49,776 nucleotides of DNA from an uncultured Candidatus Saccharibacteria bacterium (lineage in GTDB: Bacteria; Patescibacteriota; Saccharimonadia; CAZBQI01): NCBI GenBank assembly GCA_964494105.1, contig CAZBQI010000006.1:1-49776 (forward strand), read 5' to 3'. The notes under the pieces are model-generated. The model made no database searches, was not told the DNA's origin, and saw only the letters and a list, made by a program, of their open reading frames with translations. How positions within the stretch are numbered: position 1 is the first letter of the stretch; each line of letters begins with the position of its first letter. The position numbers were made by a program, and so were the translations under genes. Below are positions 35,925 to 45,056 of this stretch, in pieces.

Positions 35925-36060
35925 TTAGACCTCCTTTGTTGCCGAAGGAGCAAAACTCTCGAAGAGAATTTAATTTATTTCCCCGAATATTAAGGAGCGA
36001 TTAAGCGACGTCCAATTCGGGAGCTTTTGTTACTTTTGGCTACAAAAGTAATTTAATAAA
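35925..36060 (+). repeat. Modular palindromic interspersed repeat, copy 2 (minimal form)
   Basis: Same left hairpin family (CTCCTTTG-TTGC-CGAAGGAG), CCCGAAT...ATTCGGG module, and a right end matching copy 3 at all but one base over ~38 nt. Confidence 0.88.
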
Positions 36061-36064
36061 AATA

Positions 36065-36940
36065 CTATTTAAAATATCTAGTAATTCTATCTAAGTCTTT
36101 ATCGTCTTTATAGCGGATTACCAGACGGCCACCCTTAGATCGTGGCTCTATCATGACATCAGTTTTAAGTTTTTTACTCAGACTCTTTGTCGTATCATTC
36201 ATAACTGCCGATGAACGCTTAGTTGGCTCGGCTGCGGTTTTACCGCGTTTGGCCTCGAGTACAAAATGCTCTGCTTGGCGCACAGTCCAGCCACGTTCAA
36301 TTATTAACCTCAAGAGCTGTTGTTGTTTTGCCGGATCCTTGATGGCTAAAATCTGCCGAGCATGACCCTCGCCAATTTTCCCGGCTGCAATTGCCCGTTT
36401 GGCTTCAATGGGCAGGTTAAGCAGTCGAATTGTATTGCGAACGGTAAATTCAACTTTGCCTACAGCTGCACCAATAGATTTGGGTGTTTCGTTAAATTCA
36501 TCAATTAACTTTTGGTAGGCTGTGGCTGTTTCTACTGCGTTAAGATCATCCCGCTGAAGGTTTTCTACCAGGGCAACCTCCATTTGTTGCTGCTCGCTGG
36601 CGCTACGAATAACCGCCGGCACAGTTGCTTGCTTGGCCAGCTTGGCTGCGCGTAGGCGTCGTTCACCCGCTATCAGCTGGTATCGCCCGGCTACAGCGCT
36701 CACCACCAGCGGCTGCACAATGCCATAGCGCTTTATCGATGCTGCGAGCGATTCCAGACTATCCGGCGCAAAATTAACCCTAGGCTGGTTCGGGTTAGGG
36801 TCGATTAAATCAATCTGCACCTCGTTTACATAAGCGCTCTCGTCTTTGCTTTTAGCTGTTGGGTCAAACTCTGCTTCTACCAGTTTTCTTGGTATTAAAG
36901 CGTCAAATCCTTTGCCTAGTCCTCTATTTTTAGCCGACAC
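36065..36940 (-). CDS. parB: Chromosome partitioning protein ParB
   Basis: GLGKGFDALI, PNPNQPR, LIAGERRLRA, ALVENLQRDDLN, GHARQIL. Confidence 0.97.
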   Translation of the reverse strand: MSAKNRGLGKGFDALIPRKLVEAEFDPTAKSKDESAYVNEVQIDLIDPNPNQPRVNFAPDSLESLAASIKRYGIVQPLVVSAVAGRYQLIAGERRLRAAKLAKQATVPAVIRSASEQQQMEVALVENLQRDDLNAVETATAYQKLIDEFNETPKSIGAAVGKVEFTVRNTIRLLNLPIEAKRAIAAGKIGEGHARQILAIKDPAKQQQLLRLIIERGWTVRQAEHFVLEAKRGKTAAEPTKRSSAVMNDTTKSLSKKLKTDVMIEPRSKGGRLVIRYKDDKDLDRITRYFK

Positions 36941-37697
36941 GTGCCACCACCTCCTTAGTTAGCTCTTTGTAACTGCGCGAGCCTTTACTCCACTTATCAT
37001 ACCGCGAAATTGGCTGTCCGTAACTAGGTGCTTCGGCCAAACGCACGTTTCGCGGAATTACTGTCTTAAACACCAGCCCCGGGAAGTGCTTTTGCACTTC
37101 TGCCCGAACTTGCGCCGACAGCGTCGTGCGCTTACTGTGCATCGTTACCACTACCCCTGTTAACTCGAGATTCGGGTTTAAGCCTTTTTTAACGAGTTCT
37201 ACGGTTTGGAGCAACTGGCCCAGGCCCTCCATGGCGTAATATTCTGCCTGTACCGGTATTAGTAAATGGGTTGCCGCCGTTAGCCCATTCAGAGTTAGAA
37301 TCCCCAAGCTTGGCGGGCAGTCGATAATTACATAATCATAAGCGAATTGCGCAAGTACTTTGTTCAATCGGAACTCACGGTGCTCTTCACCAACGAGCTC
37401 CACTTCGGCGGCGGCGAGTATAGGGTTAGCTGGCAGTAAATCGACATCAAACTCTGTCTGCACAATCGCCTCTTTGGCTAGTTCTGGCTTATGTAAGGCT
37501 TGGTAAATGCTGTATTTTAGCTCTGTTTTATCAACTCCAAGCCCACTCGTAGTGTTTGCCTGTGGGTCTAGGTCTACAACCAGTACTTTTTTGCCTTTAG
37601 CACCTATATTTGCGGCCACATTAATAGCCGTCGTCGTTTTACCCACGCCACCTTTTTGATTCGCAATTGCAATTATTTTTTGTTTTGCCAAAGCCAC
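36930..37697 (-). CDS. parA: Chromosome partitioning ATPase ParA/Soj
   Basis: NQKGGVGKTTT, DLDPQANTTSGLG, IDCPPSLG, IPVQAEYYAMEG, NVRLAEAPSYG. Confidence 0.98.
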   Translation of the reverse strand: MALAKQKIIAIANQKGGVGKTTTAINVAANIGAKGKKVLVVDLDPQANTTSGLGVDKTELKYSIYQALHKPELAKEAIVQTEFDVDLLPANPILAAAEVELVGEEHREFRLNKVLAQFAYDYVIIDCPPSLGILTLNGLTAATHLLIPVQAEYYAMEGLGQLLQTVELVKKGLNPNLELTGVVVTMHSKRTTLSAQVRAEVQKHFPGLVFKTVIPRNVRLAEAPSYGQPISRYDKWSKGSRSYKELTKEVVARVG

Positions 37698-37730
37698 ATT
37701 ACCTCAGTTTTTACTGAGGTAATTCTAGCA
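37698..37730 (-). promoter_or_regulatory. parA promoter (extended -10) overlapped by a perfect 11-bp inverted repeat containing the SD
   Basis: TGcTAGAAT at 37730-37722; ATTACCTCAGT-TTTT-ACTGAGGTAAT at 37698-37723 abuts the GTG start. Confidence 0.75.
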
Positions 37731-37760
37731 GTTATTTAGCTATGGCTCAATGGCGCCTAG

Positions 37761-39062
37761 TTAGCGCCGACGCATTTGTACGCGTTTGTAAGCTGCACGA
37801 CTTGTTGTCTTAGACCCTGGACCACGACCACTATTACCGCCGTGCGAGCGTCCAGTTTTTCCGCGTCCACCATATACATCACTTGGGCTTTTACTGTTGC
37901 TGTGTTCGCGTGGTTGAATACGGTGATGTGCGGGAGCTCGTGGATCTACCTGACTCCGGCGTGGCTTGTCCTTGGCTTGACGCCTAAAGGCACGGTTGGG
38001 TGCTGGCATACCAGGCTGTTCTTCAGGTTTATAGCCAGGGGCCAAGTGTGCCATAACTGCTGTCTCGCCTACTCCTTTTGGAATATTTCCAAATGGTTTG
38101 TGCCCTCGGATTTCGACAGTTGCTCCACGCTGTCTTCCTAGTGCTAAGTCTAAAATTTCTGCCACCCTAGGCGGTACATCACCAATTTTTCCGGTAGTAA
38201 TGCCATTATAGCGATCAATCATGTCCTTAACGCTCTCGTAATTGAACTTGGTCGGACCGGCCAATTCTGTTAATTCGGCTATTTCTGTATCACTTAAAAT
38301 ACCCTCATGAGCGCCGAGTCTAACCTTATTACTTATATCTACACCATAACGTTCCCTAACTTGATAAATTAGAGCTCCGGCGGCCAGGAAGCCACGCTGA
38401 CCGGCCAAATATTCATTCTTTTTATCGGGTTTGCCCAAGTTTTGGCCAAGCGCTTCGTCAGAGGCTAAGCCGGTAATAACAATGTCGCCGTCGATTAGTT
38501 CTGGGTGCTTTAATACCTCTTCATGCTCGGTTACAAAGTCGGTTATTTGCGGGTCGTCATCTAGAACATCTTGTTGCTGGTTAGCCATAAAGTCGCGCTG
38601 ATAGCGCTCGAGAAAAGTATCGTGAATCTCAAACTCTACCCCATCCGGGTTAGAGGGTGCCGGTATTTGATCACCAGTTTTGGTATTGTGCGTAAATCCT
38701 ACAGTATGTTCCATTACGCCTGGTGCTGATAAATATTCTGGGGCAATAGCAGCCGAAGCTGGTCCGTTTACGCCAAGTGCGGTAGCCGATGCTGCGCCTG
38801 AAATTTTTCGAGTTCTAGGGCTACCGTACTTTCTAGAGCTAGAGAGTTTTAGCATTAAGCGGGTAAGGCCTTTCGGCTCACCTTCTGCGCGTGCAAAATC
38901 TTCCCGGTTGGGGAATTCTTCCGGACGCAATGGTGATTCAGACGAACGCAGTCTAGTTTCTGGCATACCTTCTGGTAATACCAGTTTGTAGTTTACCGGC
39001 GCGGGAGCGTCTGGTTTTACTTCTACCGGTGCTGGGGCTTCAGGAGTCATTGTTTCTGCCAT
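37761..39062 (-). CDS. Hypothetical protein with a possible divergent OmpA/MotB-like domain and a basic Arg/Gly-rich tail
   Basis: IVITGLASDE...NEYLAGQRG and RGATVEIRG resemble OmpA_C motifs; weak hydrophobic segment near aa 85-105. Confidence 0.5.
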   Translation of the reverse strand: MAETMTPEAPAPVEVKPDAPAPVNYKLVLPEGMPETRLRSSESPLRPEEFPNREDFARAEGEPKGLTRLMLKLSSSRKYGSPRTRKISGAASATALGVNGPASAAIAPEYLSAPGVMEHTVGFTHNTKTGDQIPAPSNPDGVEFEIHDTFLERYQRDFMANQQQDVLDDDPQITDFVTEHEEVLKHPELIDGDIVITGLASDEALGQNLGKPDKKNEYLAGQRGFLAAGALIYQVRERYGVDISNKVRLGAHEGILSDTEIAELTELAGPTKFNYESVKDMIDRYNGITTGKIGDVPPRVAEILDLALGRQRGATVEIRGHKPFGNIPKGVGETAVMAHLAPGYKPEEQPGMPAPNRAFRRQAKDKPRRSQVDPRAPAHHRIQPREHSNSKSPSDVYGGRGKTGRSHGGNSGRGPGSKTTSRAAYKRVQMRRR

Positions 39063-39181
39063 TTTTGTTCCTTTTTGTTTTTTAGTACATATTATTTTAT
39101 GATACTACTACTCTAGCATACTTTTGCTTATTTTGCAATTTTATACTTATGCTGGCTCTCTTAATTCTTGAGAAGTATGGT

Positions 39182-42100
39182 TTAAGTCGATTTTAGCGAT
39201 TCAAATACCTGTTCCCAATATTTCTCGTAAGCATTTCGAGTCCTGAACCTATTTTCACCTACAGTTGCCAATACATCGGCAGTATTCAACGCCCTCAAGA
39301 TTCGCAGGACTCTGGCATTATTTCCTAATCGAGAAGCTAATTCGCTAGGTTGCAAATCCTGGTTTGCACCGCCTTTTCCTCTTGTAATATCTGATACTAT
39401 GCCATCGTGTAAAATGGCTGCGGTAACTACCTGGATGTCTTCTTCGCTGAATCCCCATTCAGTCATTCGTTGGCGCGCAATATCAGCACTTGGCACATCG
39501 TGTGAACGATCTCTAGGGACTTTTTCATCTTGACGCCCAGTAGGTTTCCCAAAATCGTGGAAGAAAGTTGCTAATACTGCTAGCCGTCTGTCTGGCTTGT
39601 CTAGTGCTTCGTACTCTGGCAAAGATTTTAATATTTGTACTGCCTCTTTTATATGATTACCAAGTAAAACTCCATTGTGCTGATATCCTTCCTCGCTCGT
39701 TAGATTTTTCCAACCAGGAACTATATCTTTCAGCTCATCTGCATCTGCTCCTTCTTCAATCAATGTAACTGCCTGTCTACCTCTATCTGTAAGCTCCCCT
39801 GTATTTGAAGTTAATTCTGGATTAGATGAATTTGTTTCGGGCGCACTTGATACTACTGCTTCGAGCTCGCCAGTTAATTTAGTTGACGTTGATTCACTAA
39901 AGCCAGCCGCCCAATCAATTATGTAGTCACGTCTAGCTTTTAGTATTCGTTTCAGCAAGGCTCTATCGGCTAGTGGCAGGCGTACACTATCAACCTTTTC
40001 ATCTATTACATCGTCAGTTAGTTTTTCCTTCATTATTTTTGCTTGCGCTTTTATATCAGCCTCAGTTAGACCAGGGTACATCTGTCTCATGCCAAGACCC
40101 AAGCGCTTTTTATCAACGCCAAATTGCACTTCACCGACTACCTCGCTAAATAGTTCTTTACGCCCACCTTGAGCTCGATATAGCAAACCTCCTCCAGCAT
40201 CAACTCGCACTGTTTTACCGTCCACAACCATGGTATTTGCTTCGTTATATACGGCGTCCCAGTTAGCCAACAATGCGTCCATTAAAAAGCCGTCTTTGAT
40301 GTCTGGGGCCGCGCCCGGTACAGCTTCTTCAATAATTTCTGACGCATGCCCATACGAACCATCCACCCACACAACCTGAGTCTTAGGGACGGCCAGCCCT
40401 CCTGCTTCATATAAAAGGTTACCTAGGTGCTCATTCCATATCTGATCTGTAGAATCCAGCCGTTCAAATTTTACGTAATATTTTACCGGCCCATCAACAG
40501 TCGGCACGGTAAACGTACCCCCTTCGTTACTACCCGCCTTCTCGCCTGTTTTTAAGGAATAGTCCCAAACAGCTACCGAGACAGATAAGTTAAGGTCGGC
40601 GCGTGCAGCATCGTACTCTTCGGGCGTAAATATTAGTTCGCCCTGAATGTCATATATTGGTATATAAATTCCATTTTCTAGCACTACTTCTTTGGCCTGA
40701 GCCAAAGTAACATCCTTATCGCGCAATACTATGCCACTTATTTCAGTAGCTGGCATACCACCAAACATTAGGCTGTGGTGGGTAGACCTACCCTTTACAT
40801 GGTTCTGATCTGGCTGCCAGCTTGATTGTTCTCGGTCATACAGTAAATATATTCCAGAACCTTCTGTGACACCTCGACCCGTATAACCACCCGAAAGACT
40901 ACCATCTAATTGTTCTTGTACGGTTTGCCCCTTGGCTAAGAAGTCCGATTCTAGCAAGGTGAAGTCCACGTGGAAAGGATAGCTGTCGTTACTCGCAGAT
41001 TCACCCAATGCTTCACCCGGCAAATTACCGTTAAGGAGAACTAGTTCTAGGAAATCATTACTTGAACCGTGTACCCATTGTCCCGGCCTTAACTCTAGCT
41101 TATCCCGCACTAGAGCACGATTACGCTCGTCGGCGGCAGATTTACTGGTTTCATCACGACTTGTTTCGATGGTTTCTGCTAACCAGTACGCGAATAACAG
41201 TTTTTTCTGCATGCCGTTTAGCTGAGTTAGGGGCAGTTCTGTGAGGCTTTCAACTTCTGCGTCGCTCATGTCCTCTAGGTTGGCAACTCGACGTTTTTCA
41301 TCTACCGAGAGACTCGTAAAGGGAACTGTAGCAAACTCAAAATCATCAGCAAAGTTTTCGACGTTGTTGCCCTCGGGGGTTTGGATTCTTACAATTTCCG
41401 TTACCCGATAGTCACTTTGGGCTTGGGCTAACTGTGAACCCAGCCTGGTTTCTGCAAATAAAAATCTCTGCTTCCAGCTCGGCACAGCCTTTGTGAAAAT
41501 GGCTGTGATTTCGGCAATTCTAGCTTCTACATTGCCGTTGCCGAATATATCTGCAATAATTTTCTCTCTATTTGAGAATAAAGGCGCACCCGGCTCTAAT
41601 AGACCAAGAAAGTCTTCGTTGGCAAAAATCCTTTTAAAGCTTTCGATTTCTGATGGCCTCAGTACTATGCGCTCTAAAATTTGCGTGCTAATATTCGATC
41701 TTCTAAAAGCAGCCCCAAAGCCGTTCTTGGAGTTTTTACCTAATAACTCATTGACTTCTACTATGGCTGCCGCCGATGCTTCGATTTGTTCCGCATTAAC
41801 CTCTGCCCCAAGATTTAATCTAACTATGTGGGCAACGGCAGCAGCATATCTAGGGACAACAGATGGCTTGGTATCTAATAATTTTCCTAGGGATTCCTGC
41901 CATGATGCCCTGTGCATACTAGCCCAAACCAGCATTGGCTCATAAATATATTGTCCGCTCGTTTCTTCTCTGAAAGGAAGATAGTTAATGTAACCATTCT
42001 CTTCTAGTATTGTCTCCAGTTCAGAGAGTATTCGTTCTCGATCACCTTCCATCTCATAAAGCTGCTCTAGCGCCTTGGGGTCAAAAGAGAAATTATATTG

Positions 42101-44965
42101 TCTAAGCTCTTGTACAAACTGCACAACTTCCGGACGCTGGCTGAGCACTCGCATGACATCAATGTCTTCAACTTTAAACCCATAAAAACCCTCACTGACC
42201 TTAATAACAGCATCGATAATGTCTGGATTATCAGCTAACGCTTTAAGCAAGTCGAAGTTGCCACCGGCATCTCCACCAAATCGTTCGAACATTCGTGATT
42301 TGCTTTCTACAAACTGCTGGTACACCGAATACATAGCCTTAAGGTCGTATTTATTATCAACAATTTTACTAAGCGCATTTAGTGATTCTTCAAATTGCTC
42401 ATTATCCTGATTAAGGTTTGAAAAGAATTTATATGCATCTGCCCGAATTTTTTCTTGCACTTTTTCTGGTAAATACCCGAAGTTATCAATCAAGCCTATT
42501 AGAAGTTCTTGGTTACCATAGTATGAATCGACATGGGCCATTCCCAATAATTCACTTGCGTATTCCACGTTGCTAACTGCAACGTTCATCATTTCGCTTC
42601 GGATGTCATCGATACCAAAGAGCTCAGCTAGTTTTAAGGCATCTGGTAGGTGGCCTATATCGAGTGCAGCCTCAACCGCTAATAGCTGAGTGTAGTTATC
42701 TACCTTGAATTCCCCGTTGCGCAGAATCTCATTAAGCGTATCTTCGAAGCGTGGGCTACTACTAGCTAGTTCCTTTAGACTTTCAATGGTGAACTGTCGT
42801 GCTAAAGCCTCATTGAGCTCGGCCTCTGTTAGACCAAGGGTTCTTATTATATTCTCAGGATCACCCGCTTGTGCGTTTTTTAGTTCAATTACGTGCGACG
42901 CCATAATCGCCCGATATAGAGACTCGTCAACTGGTAAAAGTTCGGCAAAAGCCAGCGCTTCTTCAGAACTTCTGCGACTTAGTAATTCACGTACACCGGC
43001 AGCATATATGCGTCTGCATTGCTCTAATGCGTCCTCATGACTATCAGCATTTTCAACAATCCGAAAAGACGCAACTATTAAGGAATTTACCTGGTGTTCA
43101 TGCTCACCGTACCGAAGTGTTCTGCTTGGTAGAATTGACTCCATGAGCGAGAGTAATTTCACCGTATCCTCTGCTTCAAGCAGCTGTCTGGCTACAACCT
43201 CTAGCTCAATTCGGTAATGATAATCGCTAAAGAATGTCTCTACCTTGCGCTGGCCCAAAGCAATAGCGATATTTACAAGTAACTGATCAGCCTGATCAAT
43301 CTCTTTAATTTCGCTAGCAACGTATGCTCCTTTTAGTTGATCTAGAATAGCTTCACTAAGATCATCGTAGCCGAGCTCATGTGCCAGCACCAAAGATCTT
43401 GACGCTTCGGCAATTCTTCTTGCCGGGTATGAGCCTTGTCTCTCTAGAATAGAATGTGTTCCAGATAATATGATACTGCCCACATCAACATCGAATTCTT
43501 GAAGTTGCTTGGCTACTCGATTCAATACCGTCTCGCTAGTATATGTATCCACATTAATGAGCGCATCAATTAGTAGCTCAATGTCTTTCAGATCTGGCGT
43601 TTTATTACCTGCCTTTGCCTGCTCAATGGCTTCATTGGTCCTTTTGCGCAAAACATCTTCCATTACTGCCTTAATTTCATAAGAGTCAATTTCTGACTGC
43701 GTAAGCGTTTCTATAGCACCATGCAAATTCCCTTCACCTATTTGATGATCCGCAATTTTTTTAACTAATCTTGCACGCGCATACTGGCTGTCAGCCGATG
43801 AACGACCAAGCATTCCTATGGCTTTTTCCGTTTGACCTAGCTCAAACATATCGACGCCAAAGTCCGAGCTATCATATGTGGATTCTCCAAATTCAGCCCC
43901 AACCTGTTCTTCTAATTTCTCAATGACAATATCTAACCCAGAACGATCGCCAAGGTCTTTTAAGTGATGTGCGATTTGTTTTAGCTCAAAAATTCTCCAT
44001 CTACCCTCAATTAGTAGCGCTGCATCCATGGCCTCATGCAATGAAGATATGGCTTTATCTTTATCATTTAACTCATCGAATTTACGCGAGGCTGATCGCA
44101 ATACATCACATTGAGCGTCAGCAACACCATGCTCCTTAATAAATGCAACAGCCGTTTCCGTAAGTAATCTTGCCTTATCAGCATTACCTTTTTCTATCTC
44201 GAAATCAGCTATGTCAATCAAATTGCGAGCATAAAGCGAGCTTAAGATGTCGCGCTCCTGTGCTGTTAATTCTGTGCTTAATTGCGTGCCAACAGAGTCT
44301 TCAACATCCTGAAGCAACTCTTGTTCGTCCATATTTCCAGCAATTACACTTAAGTCAACATATAATTGTGACCTAGGATTTTCCTCTGACTCCTCTACTA
44401 AATGATCGTCTAGTGCTTTTAACATGCTCCTAACCGTCGCTGGCTGGAGGTCAACTTGATACATTATAATTTCTTTGGTTGTAGGGTCGGCAGTTTGCAA
44501 TAAGGCTGCTGCTTTTTTGCTTGCCTCGATTGCTTTTCCTTGCTCTGCCAGACCGTTTATTTCAGCTGCTTTCTCAACTACTTCATCTAGTATTCTTTGC
44601 TTTTCTTGTCGCTTTGCAATTACTGTTGCTTTAGCTTCACTAATTTCTTCTTTACTAAATCTATCGCCCCACCCAAGTTCTTTTCTTACATCAGGGTCGT
44701 CATCGGCAAGGTCATCAATAGGTGCAACTATTGATTCATCGCTATCAGCGCCACTTACAGCACCTCCAACAGCGACATCTCCAACCCCAACTTCTACTTC
44801 ACTAAGCAAAGCAGTATCATCGCGATCTATGACATCACCAGTTATTCCCTCAACTGCTCCTGTCGGGGGAATATCGGCTACTGATCCATCAATTTTGGCT
44901 GGATCACTTGCAGCTACGTCTGCGTCGCCGTAAGTTACATCTTCGTCTATTGGTGAAAAGGGCAT
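39182..44965 (-). CDS. 1927-aa multidomain protein: acidic N-terminus, TPR-like helices, ART-like domain, HipA/CtkA/PI3K-like kinase, HD domain
   Basis: WVHGSS...LVLLNGNLP; GSNEGG...YYVK...NE...DALLANWD...N...RVDAGG; HNG...NH...HDFGKP...H...H; uninterrupted ORF. Confidence 0.7.
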   Translation of the reverse strand: MPFSPIDEDVTYGDADVAASDPAKIDGSVADIPPTGAVEGITGDVIDRDDTALLSEVEVGVGDVAVGGAVSGADSDESIVAPIDDLADDDPDVRKELGWGDRFSKEEISEAKATVIAKRQEKQRILDEVVEKAAEINGLAEQGKAIEASKKAAALLQTADPTTKEIIMYQVDLQPATVRSMLKALDDHLVEESEENPRSQLYVDLSVIAGNMDEQELLQDVEDSVGTQLSTELTAQERDILSSLYARNLIDIADFEIEKGNADKARLLTETAVAFIKEHGVADAQCDVLRSASRKFDELNDKDKAISSLHEAMDAALLIEGRWRIFELKQIAHHLKDLGDRSGLDIVIEKLEEQVGAEFGESTYDSSDFGVDMFELGQTEKAIGMLGRSSADSQYARARLVKKIADHQIGEGNLHGAIETLTQSEIDSYEIKAVMEDVLRKRTNEAIEQAKAGNKTPDLKDIELLIDALINVDTYTSETVLNRVAKQLQEFDVDVGSIILSGTHSILERQGSYPARRIAEASRSLVLAHELGYDDLSEAILDQLKGAYVASEIKEIDQADQLLVNIAIALGQRKVETFFSDYHYRIELEVVARQLLEAEDTVKLLSLMESILPSRTLRYGEHEHQVNSLIVASFRIVENADSHEDALEQCRRIYAAGVRELLSRRSSEEALAFAELLPVDESLYRAIMASHVIELKNAQAGDPENIIRTLGLTEAELNEALARQFTIESLKELASSSPRFEDTLNEILRNGEFKVDNYTQLLAVEAALDIGHLPDALKLAELFGIDDIRSEMMNVAVSNVEYASELLGMAHVDSYYGNQELLIGLIDNFGYLPEKVQEKIRADAYKFFSNLNQDNEQFEESLNALSKIVDNKYDLKAMYSVYQQFVESKSRMFERFGGDAGGNFDLLKALADNPDIIDAVIKVSEGFYGFKVEDIDVMRVLSQRPEVVQFVQELRQYNFSFDPKALEQLYEMEGDRERILSELETILEENGYINYLPFREETSGQYIYEPMLVWASMHRASWQESLGKLLDTKPSVVPRYAAAVAHIVRLNLGAEVNAEQIEASAAAIVEVNELLGKNSKNGFGAAFRRSNISTQILERIVLRPSEIESFKRIFANEDFLGLLEPGAPLFSNREKIIADIFGNGNVEARIAEITAIFTKAVPSWKQRFLFAETRLGSQLAQAQSDYRVTEIVRIQTPEGNNVENFADDFEFATVPFTSLSVDEKRRVANLEDMSDAEVESLTELPLTQLNGMQKKLLFAYWLAETIETSRDETSKSAADERNRALVRDKLELRPGQWVHGSSNDFLELVLLNGNLPGEALGESASNDSYPFHVDFTLLESDFLAKGQTVQEQLDGSLSGGYTGRGVTEGSGIYLLYDREQSSWQPDQNHVKGRSTHHSLMFGGMPATEISGIVLRDKDVTLAQAKEVVLENGIYIPIYDIQGELIFTPEEYDAARADLNLSVSVAVWDYSLKTGEKAGSNEGGTFTVPTVDGPVKYYVKFERLDSTDQIWNEHLGNLLYEAGGLAVPKTQVVWVDGSYGHASEIIEEAVPGAAPDIKDGFLMDALLANWDAVYNEANTMVVDGKTVRVDAGGGLLYRAQGGRKELFSEVVGEVQFGVDKKRLGLGMRQMYPGLTEADIKAQAKIMKEKLTDDVIDEKVDSVRLPLADRALLKRILKARRDYIIDWAAGFSESTSTKLTGELEAVVSSAPETNSSNPELTSNTGELTDRGRQAVTLIEEGADADELKDIVPGWKNLTSEEGYQHNGVLLGNHIKEAVQILKSLPEYEALDKPDRRLAVLATFFHDFGKPTGRQDEKVPRDRSHDVPSADIARQRMTEWGFSEEDIQVVTAAILHDGIVSDITRGKGGANQDLQPSELASRLGNNARVLRILRALNTADVLATVGENRFRTRNAYEKYWEQVFESLKST

Positions 44966-45056
44966 TTTTTGTTTCTCTTATGTTTACTCTTATAAATTTA
45001 GCGCTTTACCTCTAAAAACACAAACAGATTTGGTAGAAATAGTTATACTATTTAAA

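Noticed and set aside
35900-37760. Canonical parS site near parAB
   Set aside because: No TGTTNCACGTGAAACA-like palindrome was found by eye; the repeat upstream of parA has a different sequence.
41493-44933. Several 60-150 aa + strand ORFs inside the giant gene
   Set aside because: Antisense shadows with Ser/Leu-biased composition and no motifs.
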